Below, piece after piece: positions 1-9,916 of a DNA stretch of 64,000 bases. A program made the position numbers and the translations under genes. The stretch's first letter is position 1. Each line of letters begins with the position of its first letter. The DNA comes from an uncultured bacterium. Its GTDB lineage: Bacteria > Krumholzibacteriota > Krumholzibacteriia > Krumholzibacteriales > Krumholzibacteriaceae. The stretch spans positions 224,001-288,000 of the forward strand of contig CAWBAN010000004.1 in assembly GCA_963786935.1 (NCBI GenBank), written 5' to 3'. Under the pieces are notes generated by a model. It did no database searches. It saw only the letters and a program-made list of their open reading frames with translations, and was not told the origin of the DNA.

Positions 1-356
1 TCGGCCTCTTCGATCTCCTTCGCTCTATCCCAGGTTTTCGAATAGACGCGCGTCGAGCTCACGGCTATGAGCCGCTTCATCCCGCGGCATCCTTCGAGCA
101 CCGCCGGCGCGTGGAATATCGACGAGATATGGATGACGACGGGCTCTCCCCGGTAGACCTTCCGGAGGCTCTCGGCGCTCGAGGCGTCCCCGCCGGCGAT
201 CCGCACTCCGAACGGCAGCAGCCGCTCGCCGCGCCCCCCGGGACGGCAGAGCCCCGTGATCCGCGCGTCGCGGAAAGCCTCGTCCGCCGCGAGGCGCCGC
301 AGCACCGCCTGGCCGGTGTTCCCCGTGCCCCCCGTGATGAAGATCGACTCCGGCAT
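1..356 (-). CDS. NAD(P)-binding Rossmann-fold protein (epimerase/dehydratase/SDR-like), runs off the window edge
   Basis: Hand translation from ATG at 356: MPESIFITGGTGNTGQAVLRRL, a GxxGxxG motif. Open to position 1; absent from the ORF track. Confidence 0.8.
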   Translation of the reverse strand, partial: MPESIFITGGTGNTGQAVLRRLAADEAFRDARITGLCRPGGRGERLLPFGVRIAGGDASSAESLRKVYRGEPVVIHISSIFHAPAVLEGCRGMKRLIAVSSTRVYSKTWDRAKEIEEA

Positions 357-358
357 AG

Positions 359-1420
359 CTATTCCGCCGCGATGCAGTGGTGAACGAGGTAATCGTGGAG
401 GGCTCGTGCGGCGACCTCGTGGCCGGCCGCGTTCCAGTGCCCTTCGAAGCGATAGTAGGTCTGGAGCCCCTCCCCCTTGGCTGCGTCGAAGGGAGGCGCG
501 AGGTCGAGGACGCGGATGCCGCGCGTTTCGCAGTGCGCGATCATCTCCGCCGTCCACCGCGCGGCGTCTCCCGTCCGCGGCGGGGGCATGAACATGACGA
601 CGAATTCGCTCCCGTTGCGCTCGCACGAGCGCTCGAAGGCGTCGAGCAGATGGCGGGTTATCGCGTTGTGCCGCGACACGACGCTGTCCGGCTTCGCCGC
701 TTGCGACACCTTCCGGTTCAGCTCGCGGTAGTTCATCGCGGCCACCCGGTATCGCACGAGATTGAGCAGATGCGAGCGGGAGGAGAGATACCGGTAGCCG
801 GGCACGAACCGGGTGAATCGCTGGATGCCGCGCGCCCGTGTCCGGACCGCGTCGTGCCTGACGAGCGTATCGTTCTCGATCGTGTAGAGCCCCGAGGAGA
901 TATTGTCGAAGAAGTCGTTCGCCGGGCAGAAACAGACGACGACGATGTCCGGCGAATATCGGCGCCCCTCGGTTTCGTAGCGGGCGAGCTGGTGCGCCGT
1001 TCCGGTGCTCCCGATGCCGGCGTTGAGGACCTCCCAGCGGGAGCCGCCCGCGGCGCTGTCGTCGAGGGACCGCTCGAGGAGCTTGGCGAACGTCTCGCCT
1101 ACCTCGACGCCGTACCCGAAGGTGAACGAATCGCCGAGGCAGAGGACCCGCCGCGTTCCCGGGGGCTTTTCATAGGGGAACTCCCGGTCGCGCAGCCCCT
1201 TCGAGTTGATCGCTATTCGGATCGAGTATTCGGGGCACGAGAGCTTCCCCGTGAGCCCCGGGATGAGCCTCGTGCCCGTCTCGCGGTCCCATTCGTTGAC
1301 GCAGATGCCCATGTTGCGCTGGGGGCTGACGATGCGGACGCCGATCTCGAGGAGAACGAGGGCGGAGCAGACGATCACGACGGCGGCCAGCACTCCGAAT
1401 ATCGCCGATTTCATGCGCAT
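359..1420 (-). CDS. SGNH/GDSL hydrolase family protein, membrane anchored
   Basis: N-terminal TM segment, block I LGDSFTFG, NAGIGS, block V EGHWN. Confidence 0.85.
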   Translation of the reverse strand: MRMKSAIFGVLAAVVIVCSALVLLEIGVRIVSPQRNMGICVNEWDRETGTRLIPGLTGKLSCPEYSIRIAINSKGLRDREFPYEKPPGTRRVLCLGDSFTFGYGVEVGETFAKLLERSLDDSAAGGSRWEVLNAGIGSTGTAHQLARYETEGRRYSPDIVVVCFCPANDFFDNISSGLYTIENDTLVRHDAVRTRARGIQRFTRFVPGYRYLSSRSHLLNLVRYRVAAMNYRELNRKVSQAAKPDSVVSRHNAITRHLLDAFERSCERNGSEFVVMFMPPPRTGDAARWTAEMIAHCETRGIRVLDLAPPFDAAKGEGLQTYYRFEGHWNAAGHEVAARALHDYLVHHCIAAE

Positions 1421-1452
1421 GCCGTCTCACCGCGCGGGCGCGGAGCCGCCTT

Positions 1453-1857
1453 TCAGAGCGCTTTCACCGTTTCGATCGTGAACGCCGGCGGATTCATGAT
1501 GTGCTTCTTCACCGTGCAGAGATCGACCGCGCGGATGAGGGAGTCCTTGTACTTGTCCGGGAAATCCTTCGGCAGCTCGATCCGCAGCGCGACGCTCGTG
1601 ACCATGTGCGTTTCCGGATCGCGCTTCATCGTCTGGACGACGCGGACGTTCTCGAGGGATATGCCGCGGTTTGTGCAGAAATCGAGCACGTAAACGCCGC
1701 TGCACGTGCCGATCGAGGCGAGAAACAGGTCGAACGGGGACGGCGCCGAGCCGTCACCGCCGTTCGTGACGGGCTGGTCGGTCTTGATCGTGAATCCCTT
1801 ATACGAGGCGTCGACCTTCTTTTTGCCGGGGAACGATACGGCGAGCTCCATATCCAT
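1453..1857 (-). CDS. OsmC/Ohr family protein
   Basis: TDQP..GG.GSAPSPFDLFLASIGTC and second Cys in DLCTVKKH. Start trimmed to MDMEL (GAGGGG RBS) because the longer ORF runs through the tRNA. Confidence 0.85.
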   Translation of the reverse strand: MDMELAVSFPGKKKVDASYKGFTIKTDQPVTNGGDGSAPSPFDLFLASIGTCSGVYVLDFCTNRGISLENVRVVQTMKRDPETHMVTSVALRIELPKDFPDKYKDSLIRAVDLCTVKKHIMNPPAFTIETVKAL

Positions 1858-1897
1858 GTGCCCCTCCCGCGCCGGAAGAAGAATTGGAAGAAGAAAA

Positions 1898-1980
1898 TGC
1901 CTGAGGGGGGATTTGAACCCCCACGGGGAATCCCCACTGCGCCCTGAACGCAGCGCGTCTACCAGTTCCACCACTCAGGC
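1898..1980 (-). tRNA. tRNA-Leu (CAG), CCA not encoded
   Basis: Acceptor GCCTGAG/CTCAGGC, anticodon arm CTGCG-TTCAGGG-CGCAG, long variable arm, GGTTCAAATCC T arm. Confidence 0.95.
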
Positions 1981-2009
1981 ACACAGGCATTTTCCGAACG
2001 CAAAGCACA

Positions 2010-2038
2010 AGGATAATTGAAAATGGGGGGCGTGTCAA
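2010..2038 (-). promoter_or_regulatory. sigma70-like promoter for tRNA-Leu and downstream genes
   Basis: TTGACA-N17-TATCCT on the minus strand, about 30 nt upstream of the tRNA. Confidence 0.65.
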
Positions 2039-2173
2039 GGTCGGGAACCGGCGCGGCGCGGATCTCCTTCCCGGGGGCTGGCGGCCGCCCGTTCCGGGGG
2101 CTTTGCCCTTGCGTGGGGAGAACGGTTCGTACTAGGATGCGGGCACGTCGGCTCGAAACAAAGGAGGAGCAGT

Positions 2174-2770
2174 ATGAAGAAACTCTTGATCCCGGTTCTG
2201 TGTCTCATGTTCCTCGCCGCGTGCGGCGGACCGGCCACGAAGGAGATCGATATCGACACCGATACGGCCGAGAACGCCGATTTCTCGAGCGCCGATCTCG
2301 CGACGATCACGGACGGCATGATGCACTCGATCGCGGAGAACGGTTTTATCATGCAGTACAAGGCGGCGAACGCCGGCCAGAAGCCGGTCATGCTCCTCGC
2401 GAAAGAGCTCAAGAACGACACGGACGAGCACATCAACACGAGGCTCATTCTCGAAAAGATGCGTACCCGAATGATCAACGAGGGGCTCGCGGATTTCGTC
2501 GACGATCAGGCCTTCGACATGGCGCTCGAGCAGCTCAACCTGCAGGCGTCCGATCTCTACGACAACGCGAAGGCGGCGAAGATCGGCAATTTCGTCGGGG
2601 CGAAGCACGTGCTCCGCGGCACGATCAGCAACATCCGCAAGATCGACGGACGTCAGAACTACAACTACATAAACGTGACGATGGACATCTTCGAGGTCGA
2701 AACGCTCCTCATCAAGTGGACCGACGAGGTCGAGTTCAAGCGCGTCTCGACGAAGGGCTCGATGCGATAG
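2174..2770 (+). CDS. lpoB: LpoB-like lipoprotein (PBP activator family)
   Basis: Lipobox LAAC, NDTDEHIN motif, AAKIGNFVGAKHVLRGTI; strong AAGGAGG RBS. Confidence 0.75.
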   Translation: MKKLLIPVLCLMFLAACGGPATKEIDIDTDTAENADFSSADLATITDGMMHSIAENGFIMQYKAANAGQKPVMLLAKELKNDTDEHINTRLILEKMRTRMINEGLADFVDDQAFDMALEQLNLQASDLYDNAKAAKIGNFVGAKHVLRGTISNIRKIDGRQNYNYINVTMDIFEVETLLIKWTDEVEFKRVSTKGSMR

Positions 2771-2827
2771 TCTCCGCGGCGGCGGGCCGGCTCGGCCGAA
2801 CCGGCCCGCGGATCCGTGGGAGGTGCC

Positions 2828-4096
2828 ATGCGGAAGGCCTTCTGCGCGGCGCTGCTCCTGTTCGCGGTCGCCTGCGCGACCTACACGGCGACGCTGGAGC
2901 ATTCGCGCGATCTCTACTACGACGCGAGCTACGACGCGGCGCTCTCGAGCCTCGACAAGCTCGTCGCCGACTCGTCGGACCGCGACTATTACCTCCTGCT
3001 CCTCGAGCGCGGCAAGGTGCACCTCGCCGCGGGCAACTACGACTCCGCGATCGTCGATCTGCAGGCGGCCGAGCGGCGGTTCCTCGAAATCGAATCGACG
3101 ATCTCGGTCGCCGGCGCCATCCAGAGCGTCATCGTCAATCCGACGATGGGGGAGTACGAGAGCGAGCCGCACGAGAAGATCATGATCTCCTCGTACCTGC
3201 TCCTCGCCTACTGGCTCAAGGGGGACCGCGAGGGGGCCCTCGTCGAGCGGAACCGTCTCGTCGGACGGCTCGAGCAGCACGTGAACGGTCTCTCGGACGA
3301 GGACCGCGCACGGTTCGACGTGCCCTTCGCCCGCTACCTCGCCGCCGTGCTGTACGAGATCGAGGGGCGGGCCGACGACGCGAGGATCGAGTACGAGGCG
3401 ATCAACCGCATCATGCCGGGGACGGCGCCGGATACGGTCAATGCGAACCTGCGCGAGCTCGTCGTGTTCGCCGAGATGGGCCGCGCGCCGGTCAAGGTCT
3501 CGACCGAGATCCGCGGCTACCTGCAGAAGGACGGGGGGAACCTCGTCGGATTTTTCAACCTTCCCGGCGAATCCGCTCCCCAGATGTTCTTTCTCCCCGG
3601 CTTCGACGATCTGTCGCTCGAACAGTCCGGGGTGCTGTTCACCTTCGCCTTCCCGCGGTGCGTGAAGCAGGAACGGATCGTGCACGGCGGCCGGCTCGTG
3701 ATCGACGGGATGGAGGCGGGAGAGATGGCCGCCCTCGACGATCTCGAGGCGACCGCCTTCGCCGTGTACAAGAAGGAGCTCGGCCCGACGCTCATCAAGG
3801 CCGCGTTCAGAACCTATCTCAAGACGCTCGCTCAGACGAAGCTCGCCGACGGCGACGACGGCAAGGCCTTCGCGTTCGACGTCATCGGCAAGCTGTTCGC
3901 CGCCGTCGATCGGGCCGATACGCGTTCGTGGCAGACGCTCCCCGCCGAGATCGTGTTCTACCGGATGGAGTGTCCGCCCGGCACGCACACGGTGCGAGTG
4001 AGGTATTTCGGGGAGGACGGCGAGCCCGTCGGCGCGTCGAGCGAGGTGGAGTTCGAGATGAGGGGCGACTCGAAGAGCGTCGTTTTTCTGCCGTGA
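2828..4096 (+). CDS. COG3014-like TPR lipoprotein
   Basis: Lipobox AVAC, LLERG TPR segment, ADTRSWQTLP motif; typical neighbour of lpoB-like genes. Confidence 0.75.
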   Translation: MRKAFCAALLLFAVACATYTATLEHSRDLYYDASYDAALSSLDKLVADSSDRDYYLLLLERGKVHLAAGNYDSAIVDLQAAERRFLEIESTISVAGAIQSVIVNPTMGEYESEPHEKIMISSYLLLAYWLKGDREGALVERNRLVGRLEQHVNGLSDEDRARFDVPFARYLAAVLYEIEGRADDARIEYEAINRIMPGTAPDTVNANLRELVVFAEMGRAPVKVSTEIRGYLQKDGGNLVGFFNLPGESAPQMFFLPGFDDLSLEQSGVLFTFAFPRCVKQERIVHGGRLVIDGMEAGEMAALDDLEATAFAVYKKELGPTLIKAAFRTYLKTLAQTKLADGDDGKAFAFDVIGKLFAAVDRADTRSWQTLPAEIVFYRMECPPGTHTVRVRYFGEDGEPVGASSEVEFEMRGDSKSVVFLP

Positions 4097-4125
4097 TCGC
4101 GGGCCGCGTCCGCGGGCCGCGCCCC

Positions 4126-4707
4126 CTATTCCGGCGATCTCCGGAGCAGCTCCGCCGCCTTCGGCGCGAGCGACTCGTTGATCTTGACGATCCGCCGGAG
4201 CGTTTCGCGCGTCCGCGCGGTGTCCCCCTCGGCGGCGTAAACGTGGGCGAGGTACCAGGCGTATTTCTCCTCGTAGGGCTTCTCGCTCGATTCCGCTTCG
4301 AGATACGGCGCGGCCCGGTCGGGGCGGCCGCGATAGAACTCGGCGAGCCCGAGGTAGAAGCGGAGATCCTCGGGGTAGGATTTCATTCTCCCCTCGCGGA
4401 TCTCGACGCTCCAGTAGAAATGCACCTTCGCGAGGATGCGCGCCGCCGCCTCGTAATCCTTCCCCCCGAAGCTGCGCAGCGCGTCGTTCATCAGCGAATC
4501 GGTGGCGGCGAATCCGGAAGCATAGCGCTTCATGGCGAGCGGCGGCTCGACCGTCGGGACGGCCGCGGGTTCCGGCTTCTTGCCCCGGAGCACGGGAATG
4601 AGGATCGCGAGCAGGATGACGATCATCCCGACCGGCATGAGCCGGGGGATATACGTGGGCTTGAGGCCTTTCTTCTTCGTGTCGCCGTTCTGCGTGGCGT
4701 CGCTCAT
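4126..4707 (-). CDS. membrane-anchored TPR protein
   Basis: AGGAG RBS before MSDAT, one TM helix, TPR-like FYLGLAEF and WYLAHVY helices. Confidence 0.65.
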   Translation of the reverse strand: MSDATQNGDTKKKGLKPTYIPRLMPVGMIVILLAILIPVLRGKKPEPAAVPTVEPPLAMKRYASGFAATDSLMNDALRSFGGKDYEAAARILAKVHFYWSVEIREGRMKSYPEDLRFYLGLAEFYRGRPDRAAPYLEAESSEKPYEEKYAWYLAHVYAAEGDTARTRETLRRIVKINESLAPKAAELLRRSPE

Positions 4708-4845
4708 GTTCCGCTCCTCGCGTCGGGTGTGCGAGAATACTAATGACATCGACCCGCGCGGCGCAAGGCTGAAGTGGAGCCGGGCCCTGCGCGCGGGGCT
4801 TTTCTCCTTGCGGGCCCAGGGGTTCTTTGATAGTTTTCCCCTGTC

Positions 4846-5304
4846 ATGAAAGCCATTTGCACCAACCGGAAAGCGCGCCACGACTACAATATCGTCGAGA
4901 CGATGGAAACGGGCATCGTTCTCGTCGGCACGGAGGTCAAATCGCTTCGCGACGGCCAGGCGAACCTCAAGGATTCGTACGCGAGCGTGGACCGGGGGGA
5001 GCTCTGGCTCCACAACACGCACATCAGCCCCTATTCGAAGGGCAACCGGAACAACCACGATCCGACGAGGAAGCGGAAGCTCCTCGCGCACGACCGGGAG
5101 ATCCGCCGCCTCATCGGGCGGGTGCAGGAGAAGGGATTCACGCTCGTGCCGCTCAAGCTCTATTTCAACGACGCGGGCAAGGTGAAGGTCGAGCTCGGTC
5201 TCGCCAAGGGAAAGCGGGAGATCGACAAGCGCCGCGCCATCGCCGATCGCGACGCCGATCGCGACATGCGGCGCGAGCTCAAGGAGCGTGAGCGAAAGAA
5301 ATGA
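4846..5304 (+). CDS. smpB: SsrA-binding protein SmpB
   Basis: NRKARHDY, GTEVKSLR, RKRKLL, LAKGK motifs. Confidence 0.97.
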   Translation: MKAICTNRKARHDYNIVETMETGIVLVGTEVKSLRDGQANLKDSYASVDRGELWLHNTHISPYSKGNRNNHDPTRKRKLLAHDREIRRLIGRVQEKGFTLVPLKLYFNDAGKVKVELGLAKGKREIDKRRAIADRDADRDMRRELKERERKK

Positions 5305-6890
5305 CCGCCCGCCCGGCGATCCTCCCGCTCGTGCTGCTCGCCGTGTTCGCGGCGTCGGTCTGCGCGCCGCGGGGCGCCGGGGCCGCGAAAAGCCTCGGTG
5401 TCGTCTACGCCGACGGACGCCAGCCCGAGGACGTCGCGCTCGAGAGCCTCGAGAAAGGCTCGGACGAGCTCTTCGTCTCCGCGTACGACCTCGCCCGCGT
5501 CTTCAAGGCGACCAAGTTCTGGAACGCGAGCACCCGCAAGCTCGTGATGCGCATCGGCAATTACCGCTACCAGTTCACCGTGGACACCCGGGTGGTCGTC
5601 GTGGACGAGACGCCCCACCTCCTCAGGCTGAACGTCAAATACGACCGGGGCGCGATCATGATTCCGCTCGAGTTCATCACCGGCGTCCTCGCCGCGCGCG
5701 TGGCGGAGAAGGTCACGCTCGATCCGGGAAGGCTCCTGCTCACGATCGGATCGCCGGAGTATAACGTGACCGCGATCGAAATCATCGACGACAAGGACGG
5801 GACGCGCGCCGTTCTCCGGCTCACCGAGGAGCTCCTCTATCACATCGACAGCGAGACCGCGGGGATCCTCCGGCTCAAGATCTACGGCGGGAGGCTCGAT
5901 CCCCTCGGCTTCACCGTAAGCGAGGGAAAGGGGCTCCTCAACCGCGTGCGGGCCGAGCAGATGGAGCATGACGCGTATCTCTTCTTCGACGTGAAGAAGA
6001 ACGTCCGGCGCTACCGCGTGGAGTTCGAGACGGCGGCCGCCGGGGAAGGGGCCGCGGGGGGCGAGCGGAAGCTCGTCCTCTTCCTCGAACGTGGCAAGAC
6101 GCCCGAGATCCCCGACGTCGATTTCGCGGGCAAGAAGATGGTCGAGATGCTCGACGAGGGCGCGAAGCGGAAGATCATCGAGCCCGTGCGCACGGTCGCG
6201 ATCGATCCGGGGCACGGGGGCCCCGATATCGGGAAGATCGGCCCCTCGGGGGCGCGGGAGAAGGATCTGAATCTCCAGATCGCGCTCATGCTCAGGGACC
6301 GCCTCGCCGAGGAGCTCGGGCTCGCCGTCGTGATGACGAGGACGGAGGACGCGCTCGTGTCGTTCGACCAGCGCGTCGAGACGGCGAACGCCGCCGGCGC
6401 CCAGCTCTTCATCAGCGTTCACTGCAACGGATGGTTCACGAGCGACGCGCAGGGATTCGAGGTCTATTTTCTCGCGCCGGCCCGGACGGACGACGAGGAG
6501 CGGCTCGCCCGCGCCGAGAACGCGTCCGCCGCGTACGAAAGCCCCGCCGCGGAAGCGAGCGACGGCGACGACATCGATTTCATTCTCTGGGACGTCGTCC
6601 AGAACGAATACCTGAACGAGAGCAGCGATCTCGCCGAGATGCTGCAGCGCGAGATGAGCAAGACGCTCGGCATCCGGAACCGCGGCGTCAAGCAGACGGG
6701 GCTCCGCGTGCTCAAGGGGCTCGCGATGCCGGGCGTGCTCGTCGAGACGGCGTTTCTGTCGAATCCGAAAGAGGAGAAGCTCCTGCTCGGCGCCGAGTTC
6801 CGGGAACGGATCGTCGAGGCGACGGTCGAGGCGGTGCGGAAGTTCCAGAGCCGCTACGGCGAAACGCGGGTGAAGCAGACCATCGAATGA
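5301..6890 (+). CDS. N-acetylmuramoyl-L-alanine amidase (Amidase_3)
   Basis: Signal peptide, IDPGHGG, EKDLNL, FISVHCN, VLVETAFLSN. Confidence 0.92.
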   Translation: MTARPAILPLVLLAVFAASVCAPRGAGAAKSLGVVYADGRQPEDVALESLEKGSDELFVSAYDLARVFKATKFWNASTRKLVMRIGNYRYQFTVDTRVVVVDETPHLLRLNVKYDRGAIMIPLEFITGVLAARVAEKVTLDPGRLLLTIGSPEYNVTAIEIIDDKDGTRAVLRLTEELLYHIDSETAGILRLKIYGGRLDPLGFTVSEGKGLLNRVRAEQMEHDAYLFFDVKKNVRRYRVEFETAAAGEGAAGGERKLVLFLERGKTPEIPDVDFAGKKMVEMLDEGAKRKIIEPVRTVAIDPGHGGPDIGKIGPSGAREKDLNLQIALMLRDRLAEELGLAVVMTRTEDALVSFDQRVETANAAGAQLFISVHCNGWFTSDAQGFEVYFLAPARTDDEERLARAENASAAYESPAAEASDGDDIDFILWDVVQNEYLNESSDLAEMLQREMSKTLGIRNRGVKQTGLRVLKGLAMPGVLVETAFLSNPKEEKLLLGAEFRERIVEATVEAVRKFQSRYGETRVKQTIE

Positions 6891-6936
6891 GCGGAGCGGC
6901 CGCCGGGAACCGGCGCCCCGGAAAGGGGGAATCGCC

Positions 6937-7479
6937 ACGAATATCGGGAAAAAGATAGCGATCGCGCTCGCGATACTCGCCGTGATCGTCGCCGCGATAT
7001 ACCTCGTTCCTCGCCTGAGGACGAAGGGTCCGGCCGAGGTCGAGCAGGTGAGCGAGGAGATGCGCGCCGTGACGATCTTCTTCGGCGACGAGAACGCGGA
7101 AGCGTTCGTGTCGGAGACGCGCGAGGTGCCGGCGGTCGAGAGCTTCGAGGAGCAGGTCAAGCTCGTCATCGGGGAGCTCATCAAGGGGCCGCGCGATTCG
7201 AAGAAGATCAGCGCGATGCCGCCGGGCACCGAGCTGCTCCAGGTCTTCTGGGTCGAGGACACGCAGACGCTGCTGCTCGATTTCAACGCGTCCCTCTCGG
7301 TCAACCACCCCGGCGGCAGCACGGGGGAGTACTACACGATCACGAACATCGTCAAGACGGTGTCGGCCAACTTCCCGCACGTCGCCCGTCTTCAGTTCCT
7401 GATCGACGGGAACACGGCGGAGACCATCGCGGGGCATTACGCGGTCGACAAGCCGATCGACGTGAAAAAATGGCGGTGA
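6937..7479 (+). CDS. GerMN domain protein (start uncertain: ACG 6937 or GTG 6982)
   Basis: ELIKGP, LLDFN, HPGGSTGE, QFLIDG; TM anchor; lies between amidase and murI. Confidence 0.8.
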   Translation, partial: TNIGKKIAIALAILAVIVAAIYLVPRLRTKGPAEVEQVSEEMRAVTIFFGDENAEAFVSETREVPAVESFEEQVKLVIGELIKGPRDSKKISAMPPGTELLQVFWVEDTQTLLLDFNASLSVNHPGGSTGEYYTITNIVKTVSANFPHVARLQFLIDGNTAETIAGHYAVDKPIDVKKWR

Positions 7480-8321
7480 GCGGTATGTACGGCGACGAAC
7501 GCAAGGCGATCGGTGTTTTCGATTCCGGTATCGGGGGGCTCACGGTCGTGCACGAGATCACGATGCGTCTCCCGAACGAGGAGATCGTGTATCTCGGGGA
7601 CACGGCGCGTCTCCCCTACGGGACGAAGAGCCCCGAGACGGTGCTCCGCTTCCTCCGGGAGAACCTCGACTTCCTCAAGCGCAAGAACGTCAAGATGATC
7701 GTCGTCGCGTGCAACACCGCCTCCTCCGTCGCGCTCCCGAAGCTCCTCGAAGAGGAACGAACGCCGCTCGTCGGCGTGCTGCTTCCCGGCGCGCGGGCAG
7801 CGGCGCGGGCGACGCGGACGAAGCGCGTCGGCATCATCGGCACGACGGCGACGATCCGCTCGGGCGGCTACGAGGACGCGCTCTACGCGCTCGATCCGGC
7901 GATCAAGACCTGGTCGCGCGCCTGTCCGCTCTTCGTCCCCCTCGTCGAGGAGGGGTGGCACGAGGACGAGATCACCCGCCTCACCGCCGAGCGGTACCTC
8001 GAATCGTTCGCCGGATTCGACGCCGATGCGCTCGTGCTCGGCTGCACGCACTATCCGCTCATCAAGGGCGTCATATCGCGGGTCGTCGGGGATAAGGTGA
8101 CGCTCGTCGACTCGGCGCACGAGACCGCGGCCGAGGTCGAGCGCGTTCTCGACAAGCATAATCTCCGGAGCGATCTCGATCGCCCCGGCGGCATCACCGT
8201 GTACGTCACCGACATTCCGTACCTCTTCAAGGAGGTCGGCGAGCGGTTCCTCAGGCGGGAGATGGAGCACGTCGAGCGCATCGATCTCGAAACGGTGCTC
8301 GTGAACGGGAGCGGGAAATGA
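7476..8321 (+). CDS. murI: glutamate racemase
   Basis: FDSGIGGLTV, ACNTAS, LGCTHYP; GTG start overlaps the upstream stop. Confidence 0.97.
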   Translation: MSGMYGDERKAIGVFDSGIGGLTVVHEITMRLPNEEIVYLGDTARLPYGTKSPETVLRFLRENLDFLKRKNVKMIVVACNTASSVALPKLLEEERTPLVGVLLPGARAAARATRTKRVGIIGTTATIRSGGYEDALYALDPAIKTWSRACPLFVPLVEEGWHEDEITRLTAERYLESFAGFDADALVLGCTHYPLIKGVISRVVGDKVTLVDSAHETAAEVERVLDKHNLRSDLDRPGGITVYVTDIPYLFKEVGERFLRREMEHVERIDLETVLVNGSGK

Positions 8322-8941
8322 GGCTGCGGATCGTGCTCGCGACGCGGAATCCCGGCAAGATCCGCGAGATCAGGGATATCCTCGACGGGCTCGACGTCGA
8401 GCTCCTCGATTCGTCCGGCTTTCCCCCCTTCGCCGAGCCGGCGGAGGACGGGGATACCTTCCTCGACAACGCGCTCGCCAAGGCGAAGGCGGTGCACCGG
8501 GCCACGGGGCTCCCCGCCCTCGCGGACGATTCGGGGCTCGAGGTCGACGCGCTCGGCGGCGCGCCCGGCGTGCGCTCGGCGCGCTACGGCGGACCGGGGC
8601 TCACGGACGAGGACCGGTACACGAAGCTGCTCGGCGAGCTCGCCGGCGTGCGCGACGAGGACCGGGGCGCGCGGTTCCATTGCGCCGCCGTTCTCTATCC
8701 GGCGCCGGGCGCCGCGCGGAACGGGCTCGCCGCCGAGGGATTCCTGTACGGCCGCATCGCGCAACGCCCGCGCGGCGGCAACGGATTCGGGTACGATCCC
8801 GTGTTCCTCGTGCCCGAACGGGGGATGACGCTCGCCGAGATGGATCCCGGCGAGAAGAACGCGACGAGTCACCGCTACCGCGCGCTCGTCGAGCTGAAGC
8901 ATATGCTCGTGCGCGACTGCGGCGTGGCCGCGAAGGCCTGA
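8318..8941 (+). CDS. rdgB: non-canonical purine NTP pyrophosphatase (RdgB/HAM1)
   Basis: ATRNPGK, ADDSGLEVDAL, GFGYDPVF, KN..SHR. Confidence 0.95.
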   Translation: MRLRIVLATRNPGKIREIRDILDGLDVELLDSSGFPPFAEPAEDGDTFLDNALAKAKAVHRATGLPALADDSGLEVDALGGAPGVRSARYGGPGLTDEDRYTKLLGELAGVRDEDRGARFHCAAVLYPAPGAARNGLAAEGFLYGRIAQRPRGGNGFGYDPVFLVPERGMTLAEMDPGEKNATSHRYRALVELKHMLVRDCGVAAKA

Positions 8942-8989
8942 ATCCGGCGCGGCATCGCCGCGAACCATAGAATCCGAGGAGGAATCGCA

Positions 8990-9916
8990 TTGCTTGAGCT
9001 TTTCAACGTCACGAAACGGTACGACGGGCTGACGGCCGTCGACGCCCTCTCGCTGCGCATCGAGCCGGGGGGCATCTTCGGGCTGCTCGGCCCGAACGGC
9101 GCGGGAAAAACGACGACGATCCGCATGATCATGGGGGTGATCGAGCCCGACGAGGGAGAGGTGCGCATCTTCGGGGAGCCGTTCAGCGAGCGGGTCAAGG
9201 ACTCGATCGGCTACCTGCCCGAGGAGCGCGGGCTCTACCGGAAGATGAAGATCCTCGACCATCTCGTGTTTCTCGGCGAGATCAAGGGCGTGCCGGCGAG
9301 AACCGCGCGCTCGCGCGGGAAGAAGTGGCTCGAGCGGCTCGATCTCGGCGGTTGGGCCGACAAGACGGTCGAATCGCTCTCGAAAGGCATGCAGCAGAAG
9401 GTCCAGTTCATCTCGACCGTGCTCCACGAGCCGAAGCTCGTCCTCCTCGACGAGCCCTTCACGGGGCTCGATCCGATCAACACGCAGACCTTCAAGGACA
9501 TCATCGAGGAGCTGCGGCATGACGGCCGCGCCGTCGTGCTCTCGACGCACGTCATGGAGCAGGTGGAGAAGCTTTGCGAGCGGATCTGCCTCATCCACAA
9601 GGGGAAGAAGATACTCGAGGGGGCGCTGGCCGACGTCAAGATGCAGTTCGGCCGAAACGTCGTCACGCTCCGCTACTCGGGTGACCCGGCCCGCCTCGAG
9701 CGGATCCCCGGCGTCGAGCGCGTCAGCACGTTCGGGCAGGAGCTCACCGTGGCCCTCACGGCGGGCACCGACACGAACCGGTTCCTCCGCGAGGCCCTCG
9801 AGGGGGGCACGGTCGAGAAATTCGAAATCGGGGAGATGTCGCTCCACGACATCTTCATCGCGAAGGTGAAGGCGGAAGGGGGTGAGGTGACCGATGAAGC
9901 TTCTCAAGGTCGCTAA
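8990..9916 (+). CDS. ABC-2 type transporter ATP-binding protein (YhaQ/NatA-like)
   Basis: GPNGAGKTT, LSKGMQQK, LDEPFTGLDP. Confidence 0.92.
   Translation: MLELFNVTKRYDGLTAVDALSLRIEPGGIFGLLGPNGAGKTTTIRMIMGVIEPDEGEVRIFGEPFSERVKDSIGYLPEERGLYRKMKILDHLVFLGEIKGVPARTARSRGKKWLERLDLGGWADKTVESLSKGMQQKVQFISTVLHEPKLVLLDEPFTGLDPINTQTFKDIIEELRHDGRAVVLSTHVMEQVEKLCERICLIHKGKKILEGALADVKMQFGRNVVTLRYSGDPARLERIPGVERVSTFGQELTVALTAGTDTNRFLREALEGGTVEKFEIGEMSLHDIFIAKVKAEGGEVTDEASQGR

Noticed and set aside
1858..1974. N-terminal extension of the OsmC ORF (MVELVDALRSG..)
   Set aside because: It is a translation of tRNA-Leu.
2781..2810. GC hairpin after lpoB, and the CGCGGGCCGCG repeat near 4098-4121, as REP or CRISPR elements
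   Set aside because: Isolated and short, with no repeat-spacer periodicity; expected at this GC content.
2017..4743. 908-aa ORF and other long Arg-rich or antisense ORFs (e.g. 47336-50392, 52400-54949, 44914-47634)
   Set aside because: Shadow ORFs of high-GC coding DNA that overlap well-supported genes and lack motifs.
4846..5304. tmRNA (ssrA) near smpB
   Set aside because: No intergenic space or tmRNA-like ends recognised nearby.
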